From the NCBI GenBank assembly GCA_964016885.1, contig OZ024741.1:262074001-262138000 (forward strand): 64,000 nucleotides of DNA, written 5' to 3'. This document shows, piece by piece, positions 53,834 through 64,000 of the stretch (its first letter is position 1; each line of letters opens with the position of its first letter). The notes beneath the pieces were generated by a model. That model ran no database searches. It had not been told where the DNA came from and saw only the letters and a list, made by a program, of their open reading frames with translations. The position numbers were made by a program, and so were the translations under genes. The DNA comes from Eledone cirrhosa. Lineage: Eukaryota.

Positions 53834-56338
53834 CGTTTCGCTTTACGAATGTTTCGACTTACGAGTGTTTCGACTTACGAGTGTTTCGACTTACGAGTGC
53901 TTTGACTTACGGGTCTTTCGACTTACGCGTGTTTCGACTTACGAGTGTTCTGACTTACGAGTGTTCTGACTTACGAGTGTTCCGACTTACGAGTGTTTTG
54001 ACTTACGAGTGTTTCGGCTTACAAGTGTTTCGACTTACGAGAGTTTTGACTTACGAGTGTTTCGACTTACGAGAGTTTTGACTTACGAATGTTTTGCCTT
54101 ACGGGTGTTCCGGTTTACGAGTGTTTCGACTTACGAGTATTCTGACTTACGAGTGTTCCGACTTACGGGTGTTTCGACTTACGAATGTTTCGACTTACGA
54201 GTGTGCCGACCTACGAGGGTTTCGGCTTAAGGCTGTTCTGACTTACGAGTATTTTCGACTTAAGGATGTTTCGAGTTACGAGTGGTTCGACTTACGAGTG
54301 TTTCGGCTTACGTGAGTTTCGACTTAAGAGTGTTCTGATTTACGAGTGTTCTGACTTACGAGTGTTTCGGCTTATGAGTGTTTCGACTTACGAGTGTTTC
54401 GGCTTACGTGAGTTTCGACTTAAGAGTGTTCTGATTTACGAGTGTTCTGACTTACGAGTGTTTCGGCTTATGAGTGTTTCGACTTACGAGTGTTTCGGCT
54501 TACGAGTGTTTCGACTTATGGGTGTTTCGACTTACGAGTGTTTTTACTTACGGTGTTTCGGCTTACGAGTGTTTCGACATATGAGTGTTTTGACTTACGG
54601 GTGTTTCGACTTACGAGTGTTTTGACTTACGAATCTTTTGACTTACGGGTGTTTCGGCTTACGAGTGTTTCGACTTACGAGTGTTTCGGCTTACGAGTGT
54701 TTCGACTTACTAATCTTTTTACTTACGAGTGTTTCGGCGTACGAGAGTTTTGACTTACGAGTGTTTCGACTTACGAGTGTTTCGATTTACGAGTGTTTTG
54801 ACTTACGAATGTTTTGACTTACGGGTGTTTCGGCTTACGAGTGTTTAGACTTACGAGTGTTTTGACTTAAGGGTGTTTCGACTTACGAGTATTTTTGGCT
54901 TACGAGTGTTTCGACTTACGAGTGTTTTGACTTACGAGTCTTCTTACTTACGAGTGTTCCGACTTACGGGTGTTTCGACTTACGAGTGTTTCGACTTACG
55001 AGTGTTCCGACCTACGAGGGTTTCGGCTTAAGGCTGTTCCGACTTACGAGTATTTTCGGCTTACGAGTGTTTCGACTTACGAGTGTTTTGACTTACGGGT
55101 GTTTTGACATACGAGTGTTTCGATACGAGTGTTCTGACTTACGAGTGTTCTGACTTACGAGTGTTCTGACTTACGAGTGTTCCGACTTACGAGTGTTTCG
55201 GCTCACGAGTGTTTCGGCTTACGAGTGTTTTGACTTACGAGTGTTTTGACTTATATGTGTTTCGACTTACGCTTGTTTCGACTTACGAGTTTTTCGACTT
55301 GCGAGTGTTTCGACTACGGGTGATTCGACTTACGAATGTTTTGACTTACGGATGTTTTGACTTACGGGTGTTTCGGCTTACGTGTGTTTCGACTTACGAG
55401 TGTTCTGACTACGAGTGTTCTGTCTTACGGGTGTTCTGACTTACGAGTGTTCCGACTTACGAGTGTTTCGGCTTATGAGTGTTTCGACTTACGAGTGTTT
55501 CCGCTTTCGAGTGTTTCGACTTACGAGTGTTTCGGGTTACGAGTGTTTCGACTTACGAATGTTTTCCCTTACGAGTGTTTCCGCTTACGAGTGTTTCGAC
55601 TTACGAGTGTTTTGACTTACGGTTTTTCGGCTTGCGAGTGTTTCGACATACGAGTGTTTTGGCTTACGGGCGTTTCGACTTACGGGTGTTGCGACTTACG
55701 AGTGTTTCGACTTACGAGTGTTCTGACTTACGAGTGTTCTGACTTGCGAGTGTTCCGACTTACGAGTGTTTCGGCTTACGAGTGTTTCGACATACGAGTG
55801 CTTTGACTTACGGATGTTTCGACTTACGGGTGTTTCGATTTACGAGTGTTTCGACTTACGAGTGTTCTGACTACGAGTGTTACGACTTACGGGTGCTCTG
55901 ACTTACGAGTGTTTCGACTTACGAGTGTTTCGACTTACGAGTGTTTCGACTTACGAATGTTTCGGCTTACGAGTGTTTCGACTTACGAGAGTTTTGACTT
56001 ACGAATGTTTTGCCTTACGGGTGTTCCGGTTTACGAGTGTTTCGACTTACGAGTATTCTGACTTACGGGTGTTTCGACTTACGAGTGTTTCGACTTACGA
56101 GTGTTCCGACCTACGAGGGTTTCGGCTTAAGGCTGTTCCTACTTACGAGTATTTTCGGCTTACGAGTGTTTCGACTTACGAGTGTTTTGACTTACGGGTG
56201 TTTTGACATACGAGTGTTTCGATACGAGTGTTCTGACTTACGAGTGTTCTGACTTACGAGTGTTCTGACTTACGAGTGTTCCGACTTACGAGTGTTTCGG
56301 CTCACGAGTGTTTCGGCTTACGAGTGTTTCGACTTACG

Positions 56339-56407
56339 AAAATAACAAATAGACGCGGTTTCAAATCTCTATGCTTTTCAAGTTCATTACATTAATCTTT
56401 ATTTATA
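56339..56407. repeat. 69-bp AT-rich spacer, copy 20 (allele A)
   Basis: 54,814 bp after copy 2. Confidence 0.97.
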
Positions 56408-58074
56408 TGTTTCGCTTTACGAATGTTTCGACATACGAGTGTTTCGGCTTACAAGTGTTTCGACTTACGAGTGTTTCGGCTTACGAGTGTTTCGACTTAC
56501 GAGTGTTCTGACTACGAGTGTTCTGACTTACGGGTGTTCTGACTTACGAGTGTTTCAGCTTACGAGTGTTTCGGCTCACGAGTGTTTCGACTTACGAGTG
56601 TTTCGACTTACGAGTGTTTCGACTTGTGAGTGTTTCGACTTACGAGTGATTTTGCCATACGGGTGTTTCGGTTTACGTGTGTTTCGACTTACGAGTGTTC
56701 TGACTTACGAGTGTTCCGACCTACGAGCGTTTCGGCTTACGGGTGTTCCGACCTACGAGTGTTTCCACTTACGAGTGTTTTGACTTACGATTGTTTCGGC
56801 TTACGAGTGTTTCGACTTACGAGTGTTTCGACTTACGAGTGTTTTGACTTACGGTGTTTCGGCTTACGAGTGTTTCGACTTACGGGTGTTTTGACATACG
56901 AGTGTTTCGATACGAGTGTTCTGACTTACGAGTGTTCTGACTTACGAGTGTTCTGACTTACGTGTGTTCTGACTTACGAATGTTCCGATTTACGAGTGTT
57001 TCGGCTTATGAGTGTTTCCACTTACTAATGTTTTTATTTACGAGTGTTACGGTGTACGAGTGTTTCGACTTAAGGATGTTTCGACTTACGAGTATTTCGA
57101 CTTACGAGTGTTTCGGCTTACGTGAGTTTTGACTTAAGAGTGTTCTTACGAGTGTTTTTACTTACGAATGTTTCTACTTACGGGTGTTTCTGCTTACGAG
57201 TGTTTCGACTTACCAGTGTTTCGGCTTGCGAGTGTTTCGACTTACTAATGTTTTTCCTTACGAGTTTTCGGCGTACGAGTGTTTCGACTTACGAGTGTTT
57301 TGACTTACGGGTGTTTCGGCTTACGAGTGTTTCGACTTACGAGTGTTTTGACTTACGGTTTTTCGGCTTGCGAGTGTTTCGACATACGAGTGTTTTGGCT
57401 TACGGGCGTTTCGACTTACGGGTGTTGCGACTTACGAGTGTTTCGACTTACGAGTGTTCTGACTTACGAGTGTTCTGACTTGCGAGTGTTCCGACTTACG
57501 AGTGTTTCGGCTTACGAGTGTTTCGACATACGAGTGCTTTGACTTACGGATGTTTCGACTTACGGGTGTTTCGATTTACGAGTGTTTCGACTTACGAGTG
57601 TTCTGACTACGAGTGTTACGACTTACGGGTGCTCTGACTTACGAGTGTTTCGACTTACGAGTGTTTCGACTTACGAGTGTTTCGACTTACGAGTGTTTCG
57701 GCTTACGAGTGTTTCGACTTACGAGAGTTTTGACTTACGAATGTTTTGCCTTACGGGTGTTCCGGTTTACGAGTGTTTCGACTTACGAGTATTCTGACTT
57801 ACGGGTGTTTCGACTTACGAGTGTTTCGACTTACGAGTGTTCCGACCTACGAGGGTTTCGGCTTAAGGCTGTTCCTACTTACGAGTATTTTCGGCTTACG
57901 AGTGTTTCGACTTACGAGTGTTTTGACTTACGGGTGTTTTGACATACGAGTGTTTCGATACGAGTGTTCTGACTTACGAGTGTTCTGACTTACGAGTGTT
58001 CTGACTTACGAGTGTTCCGACTTACGAGTGTTTCGGCTCACGAGTGTTTCGGCTTACGAGTGTTTCGACTTACG

Positions 58075-58143
58075 AAAATAACAAATAGACGCGGTTTCAA
58101 ATCTCTATGCTTTTCAAGTTCATTACATTAATCTTTATTTATA
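58075..58143. repeat. 69-bp AT-rich spacer, copy 21 (allele A)
   Basis: 54,814 bp after copy 3. Confidence 0.97.
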
Positions 58144-60045
58144 TGTTTCGCTTTACGAATGTTTCGACATACGAGTGTTTCGGCTTACAAGTGTTTCGAC
58201 TTACGAGTGTTTCGGCTTACGAGTGTTTCGACTTACGAGTGTTCTGACTACGAGTGTTCTGACTTACGGGTGTTCTGACTTACGAGTGTTTCAGCTTACG
58301 AGTGTTTCGGCTCACGAGTGTTTCGACTTACGAGTGTTTCGACTTACGAGTGTTTCGACTTGTGAGTGTTTCGACTTACGAGTGATTTTGCCATACGGGT
58401 GTTTCGGTTTACGTGTGTTTCGACTTACGAGTGTTCTGACTTACGAGTGTTCCGACCTACGAGCGTTTCGGCTTACGGGTGTTCCGACCTACGAGTGTTT
58501 CCACTTACGAGTGTTTTGACTTACGATTGTTTCGGCTTACGAGTGTTTCGACTTACGAGTGTTTCGACTTACGAGTGTTTTGACTTACGGTGTTTCGGCT
58601 TACGAGTGTTTCGACTTACGGGTGTTTTGACATACGAGTGTTTCGATACGAGTGTTCTGACTTACGAGTGTTCTGACTTACGAGTGTTCTGACTTACGTG
58701 TGTTCTGACTTACGAATGTTCCGATTTACGAGTGTTTCGGCTTATGAGTGTTTCCACTTACTAATGTTTTTATTTACGAGTGTTACGGTGTACGAGTGTT
58801 TCGACTTAAGGATGTTTCGACTTACGAGTGTTTCGACTTACGAGTGTTTCGGCTTACGTGAGTTTTGACTTAAGAGTGTTCTTACGAGTGTTTTTACTTA
58901 CGAATGTTTCTACTTACGGGTGTTTCTGCTTACGAGTGTTTCGACTTACCAGTGTTTCGGCTTGCGAGTGTTTCGACTTACTAATGTTTTTCCTTACGAG
59001 TTTTCGGCGTACGAGTGTTTCGACTTACGAGTGTTTTGACTTACGGGTGTTTCGGCTTACGAGTGTTTCGACTTACGAGTGTTTCGGCTTATGAGTGTTT
59101 CGACTTACGAGTGTTTTGACTTACGGGTGTTTTGACATACGAGTGTTTCGATACGAGTGTTCTGACTTACGAGTGTTCTGACTTACGAGTCTTCTGACTT
59201 ACGAGTGTTCTGACTTACGGGTGTTCTGACTTACGAGTGTTCCGACTTACGAGTGTTTCGGCTATGAGTGTTTTGACTTACGGGTGTTTCGACTTACGGG
59301 TGTTTCGACTTACGAGTGTTTCGACTTACGAGTGTTTCCGCTTACGAGTGTTTCGGCTTACGAGTGTTTCGACATACTAATGTTTTTACTTACGAGTGTT
59401 TCGGTGTACGAGTGTTTCGACTTAAGGATGCTTCGACTTACGAGTGTTCTGACTTACGAGTGTTTCGACTTACGAGTGTTCTGACTTACGAGTGTTCTGA
59501 CTTATGAGTGTTCTGACTTACGAGTGTTCTGACTTACGAGTGTTCCGACTTACGAGTGTTTCGGCTTACGAGTGTTTCGACTTACGAGTGTTTCGACTTA
59601 CAAGTGTTTCGACTTACGAGTGTTTTGACTTACGGTGTTTCGGCTTACGAGTGTTTCGACTTACGAGTGTTTTGACTTACTGGTGTTTTGACATACGAGT
59701 GTTTCGATACGAGTGTTTCGACTTACGAGTGTTCTGACTTACGAGTGTTCTGACTTACGAGTGTTCTGACTTACGAGTGTTCTAACTTACGAGTGTTCTG
59801 ACTTACGAGTGTTCTAACTTACGAGTGTTTTGACTTACGATTGTTTCGGCTTACGAGTGTTTCGACTTACGAGTGTTTCGACTTACGAGTGTTTTGACTT
59901 ACGGGTGTTTTGACATACGAGTGTTTCGATACGAGTGTTCTGAGTTACGAGTGTTCTGACTTACGAGTGTTCTGACTTACGAGTGTTCCGACTTACGAGT
60001 GTTTCGGCTCATGAGTGTTTCGGCTTACGAGTGTTTCCACTTACG

Positions 60046-60114
60046 AAAATAACAAATAGACGCGGTTTCAAATTTCTATGCTTTTCAAGTTCATTACATT
60101 AATATTTATTTATA
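60046..60114. repeat. 69-bp AT-rich spacer, copy 22 (allele C)
   Basis: 54,814 bp after copy 4. Confidence 0.97.
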
Positions 60115-61520
60115 CGTTTCGCTTTACGAATGTTTCGACTTACGAGTGTTTCGACTTACGAGTGTTTCGACTTACGAGTGCTTTGACTTACGGGTCTTTC
60201 GACTTACGCGTGTTTCGACTTACGAGTGTTCTGACTTACGAGTGTTCTGACTTACGAGTGTTCCGACTTACGAGTGTTTTGACTTACGAGTGTTTCGGCT
60301 TACAAGTGTTTCGACTTACGAGAGTTTTGACTTACGAGTGTTTCGACTTACGAGAGTTTTGACTTACGAATGTTTTGCCTTACGGGTGTTCCGGTTTACG
60401 AGTGTTTCGACTTACGAGTATTCTGACTTACGAGTGTTCCGACTTACGGGTGTTTCGACTTACGAATGTTTCGACTTACGAGTGTGCCGACCTACGAGGG
60501 TTTCGGCTTAAGGCTGTTCTGACTTACGAGTATTTTCGACTTAAGGATGTTTCGAGTTACGAGTGGTTCGACTTACGAGTGTTTCGGCTTACGTGAGTTT
60601 CGACTTAAGAGTGTTCTGATTTACGAGTGTTCTGACTTACGAGTGTTTCGGCTTATGAGTGTTTCGACTTACGAGTGTTTCGGCTTACGTGAGTTTCGAC
60701 TTAAGAGTGTTCTGATTTACGAGTGTTCTGACTTACGAGTGTTTCGGCTTATGAGTGTTTCGACTTACGAGTGTTTCGGCTTACGAGTGTTTCGACTTAT
60801 GGGTGTTTCGACTTACGAGTGTTTTTACTTACGGTGTTTCGGCTTACGAGTGTTTCGACATACGAGTGTTTTGACTTACGGGTGTTTCGACTTACGAGTG
60901 TTTTGACTTACGAATCTTTTGACTTACGGGTGTTTCGGCTTACGAGTGTTTCGACTTACGAGTGTTTCGGCTTACGAGTGTTTCGACTTACTAATCTTTT
61001 TACTTACGAGTGTTTCGGCGTACGAGAGTTTTGACTTACGAGTGTTTCGACTTACGAGTGTTTCGATTTACGAGTGTTTTGACTTACGAATGTTTTGACT
61101 TACGGGTGTTTCGGCTTACGAGTGTTTAGACTTACGAGTGTTTTGACTTAAGGGTGTTTCGACTTACGAGTATTTTTGGCTTACGAGTGTTTCGACTTAC
61201 GAGTGTTTTGACTTACGAGTCTTCTGACTTACGAGTGTTCCGACTTACGGGTGTTTCGACTTACGAGTGTTTCGACTTACGAGTGTTCCGACCTACGAGG
61301 GTTTCGGCTTAAGGCTGTTCCGACTTACGAGTATTTTCGGCTTACGAGTGTTTCGACTTACGAGTGTTTTGACTTACGGGTGTTTTGACATACGAGTGTT
61401 TCGATACGAGTGTTCTGACTTACGAGTGTTCTGACTTACGAGTGTTCTGACTTACGAGTGTTCCGACTTACGAGTGTTTCGGCTCACGAGTGTTTCGGCT
61501 TACGAGTGTTTCGACTTACG

Positions 61521-61589
61521 AAAATAACAAATAGACGCGGTTTCAAATCTCTATGCTTTTCAAGTTCATTACATTAATCTTTATTTATA
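61521..61589. repeat. 69-bp AT-rich spacer, copy 23 (allele A)
   Basis: 54,814 bp after copy 5. Confidence 0.97.
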
Positions 61590-62064
61590 TGTTTCGCTTT
61601 ACGAATGTTTCGACTTACGAGTGTTTCGGCTAACAAGTGTTTCGACTTACGAGTGTTTCGGCTTACGAGTGTTTTGACTTACGAGTGTTTTGACTTACAT
61701 GTGTTTCGACTTACGCGTGTTTCGACTTACGAGTTTTTCGACTTGCGAGTGTTTCGACTACGGGTGATTCGACTTACGAATGTTTTGACTTACGGATGTT
61801 TTGACTTACGGGTGTTTCGGCTTACGAGTGTTTCGACTTACGAGTGTTCTGACTACGAGTGTTCTGTCTTACGGGTGTTCTGACTTACGAGTGTTCCGAC
61901 TTACGAGTGTTTCGGCTTATGAGTGTTTCGACTTACGAGTGTTTCCGCTTTCGAGTGTTTCGACTTACGAGTGTTTCGGGTTACGAGTGTTTCGATTACG
62001 AATGTTTTCCCTTACGAGTGTTTCCGCTTACGAGTCTTTCGACTTACGAGTGTTTCGACTTACT

Positions 62065-62133
62065 AAAATAACAAATAGACGCGGTTTCAAATCTCTATGC
62101 TTTTCAAGTTCATTACATTAATCTTTATTTATA
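62065..62133. repeat. 69-bp AT-rich spacer, copy 24 (allele A, preceded by TTACT)
   Basis: 54,814 bp after copy 6. Confidence 0.97.
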
Positions 62134-62865
62134 TGTTTCGCTTTACGAATGTTTCGGCTTGCGAGTGTTTCGACATACGAGTGTTTTGGCTTACGGGCGT
62201 TTCGTCTTACGGGTGTTGCGACTTACGAGTGTTTCGACTTACGAGTGTTCTGACTTACGAGTGTTCTGACTTGCAAGTGTTCCGACTTACGAGTGTTTCG
62301 GCTTACGAGTGTTTCGACATACGAGTGCTTTGACTTACGGATGTTTCGACTTACGGGTGTTTCGATTTACGAGTGTTTCGACTTACGAGTGTTCTGACTA
62401 CGAGTGTTCTGACTTACGGGTGCTCTGACTTACGAGTGTTTCGACTTACGAGTGTTTCGACTTACGAGTGTTTCGACTTACGAGTGTTTCGGCTTACGAG
62501 TGTTTCGACTTACGAGAGTTTTGACTTACGAATGTTTTGCCTTACGGGTGTTCCGGTTTACGAGTGTTTCGACTTACGAGTATTCTGACTTACGGGTGTT
62601 TCGACTTACGAGTGTTTCGACTTACGAGTGTTCCGACCTACGAGGGTTTCGGCTTAAGGCTGTTCCTACTTACGAGTATTTTCGGCTTACGAGTGTTTCG
62701 ACTTACGAGTGTTTTGACTTACGGGTGTTTTGACATACGAGTGTTTCGATACGAGTGTTCTGACTTACGAGTGTTCTGACTTACGAGTGTTCTGACTTAC
62801 GAGTGTTCCGACTTACGAGTGTTTCGGCTCACGAGTGTTTCGGCTTACGAGTGTTTCGACTTACG

Positions 62866-62934
62866 AAAATAACAAATAGACGCGGTTTCAAATCTCTATG
62901 CTTTTCAAGTTCATTACATTAATCTTTATTTATA
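62866..62934. repeat. 69-bp AT-rich spacer, copy 25 (allele A)
   Basis: 54,814 bp after copy 7. Confidence 0.97.
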
Positions 62935-64000
62935 TGTTTCGCTTTACGAATGTTTCGACTTACGAGTGTTTCGGCTTACAAGTGTTTCGACTTACGAGTG
63001 TTTCGGCTTACGAGTGTTTCGACTTACGAGTGTTCTGACTACGAGTGTTCTGACTTACGGGTGTTCTGACTTACGAGTGTTTCAGCTTACGAGTGTTTCG
63101 GCTCACGAGTGTTTCGACTTACGAGTGTTTCGACTTACGAGTGTTTCGACTTGCGAGTGTTTCGACTTACGAGTGATTTTGCCATACGGGTGTTTCGGTT
63201 TACGTGTGTTTCGACTTACGAGTGTTCTGACTTACGAGTGTTCCGACCTACGAGCGTTACGGCTTACGGGTGTTCCGACCTACGAGTGTTTCCACTTACG
63301 AGTGTTTTGACTTACGATTGTTTCGGCTTACGAGTGTTTCGACTTACGAGTGTTTCGACTTACGAGTGTTTTGACTTACGGTGTTTCGGCTTACGAGTGT
63401 TTCGACTTACGGGTGTTTTGACATACGAGTGTTTCGATACGAGTGTTCTGACTTACGAGTGTTCTGACTTACGAGTGTTCTGACTTACGTGTGTTCTGAC
63501 TTACGAATGTTCCGATTTACGAGTTTCGGCTTATGAGTGTTTCCACTTACTAATGTTTTTATTTACGAGTGTTACGGTGTACGAGTGTTTCGACTTAAGG
63601 ATGTTTCGACTTACGAGTGTTTCGACTTACGAGTGTTTCGGCTTACGTGAGTTTTGACTTAAGAGTGTTCTTACGAGTGTTTTTACTTACGAATGTTTCT
63701 ACTTACGGGTGTTTCTGCTTACGAGTGTTTCGACTTACCAGTGTTTCGGCTTGCGAGTGTTTCGACTTACTAATGTTTTTCCTTACGAGTTTTCGGCGTA
63801 CGAGTGTTTCGACTTACGAGTGTTTTGACTTACGGGTGTTTCGGCTTACGAGTGTTTCGACTTACGAGTGTTTCGGCTTATGAGTGTTTCGTCTTACGAG
63901 TGTTTTGACTTACGGTTGTTTTGACATACGAGTGTTTCGATACGAGTGTTCTGACTTACGAGTGTTCTGACTTACGAGTCTTCTGACTTACGAGTGTTCT

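Larger units (their letters stand above)
1..64000 (+). repeat. Tandem satellite array, 16-bp monomer GACTTACGAGTGTTTC, running off both window ends
   Basis: Directly visible throughout. Common variants are TTTCGA/TTTTGA/TTCTGA/TTCCGA/TTTCGG and GAGT/GGGT/GAAT, with occasional 13-17-bp monomers. No inverted segment seen. Confidence 0.99.
54978..64000 (+). repeat. Near-identical copy of window positions 1 to ~9190 (54.8-kb super-period)
   Basis: Six spacers and dozens of ORF starts share the exact offset 54,814. Confidence 0.93.

Noticed and set aside
347-63883. Hundreds of + strand ORFs encoding YECFDLRVFRLTSVST-like repeats
   Set aside because: The 16-bp consensus has no stop in any + frame, so all three frames give the same 16-aa cycle. 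ORFs overlap in several frames, end at random TGA variants, are broken by frequent frameshifting 14/15/17-bp monomers and mostly lack ATG starts. They are artefacts.
1-64000. CRISPR array
   Set aside because: Repeats are directly adjacent with no unique spacers. The 69-bp interruptions are near-identical to each other, and there are no cas genes.
1-64000. Telomerase-made telomeric tract (TG-rich strand bias; some variants such as GGTGTACG and ACGGATG recall long yeast telomere repeats)
   Set aside because: Kilobase-scale inherited higher-order structure, embedded spacers and >64 kb length indicate recombinational amplification. The consensus has no G-run. A subtelomeric or telomerase-independent terminal location cannot be excluded.
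1-64000. Canonical mammalian CENP-B box
   Set aside because: The monomer shares only TTCG and a second CG. It lacks the TTCG-n4-A-n2-CGGG spacing.
1-64000. Pure sequencing or assembly artefact (concatemer or rolling-circle product)
   Set aside because: Rare variants are faithfully inherited across nested duplications with graded divergence, which random error would not produce. Exact copy numbers of the most identical units could still be misassembled.

Overview
The whole 64-kb window is one head-to-tail tandem satellite array with a 16-bp monomer (consensus GACTTACGAGTGTTTC, roughly 3,900 copies by length). All monomers are in one orientation and no array edge is visible. There are no credible genes. 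The + strand ORFs arise because the consensus has no stop codon in any frame, while the - strand has a TAA in every monomer. Only two kinds of non-monomer sequence occur. (1) A ~69-bp AT-rich spacer is present 25 times in three allele classes, always in the same monomer phase. (2) A single ~85-bp unique insert at 16917-17001 translates to KLWGNTHEAIRWFNNITDKKKSKFI, which resembles the segment just before the first catalytic-Asp motif of Penelope-like retroelement reverse transcriptases. Variant monomers reveal nested higher-order repeats: 96 bp, 545 bp, 1227 bp, 1736 bp, ~6.2-6.4 kb, ~7.4-7.5 kb, ~15 kb, ~36 kb and 54,814 bp. This architecture is typical of eukaryotic centromeric, pericentromeric or other heterochromatic satellite. 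The organism and function cannot be determined from the sequence alone.
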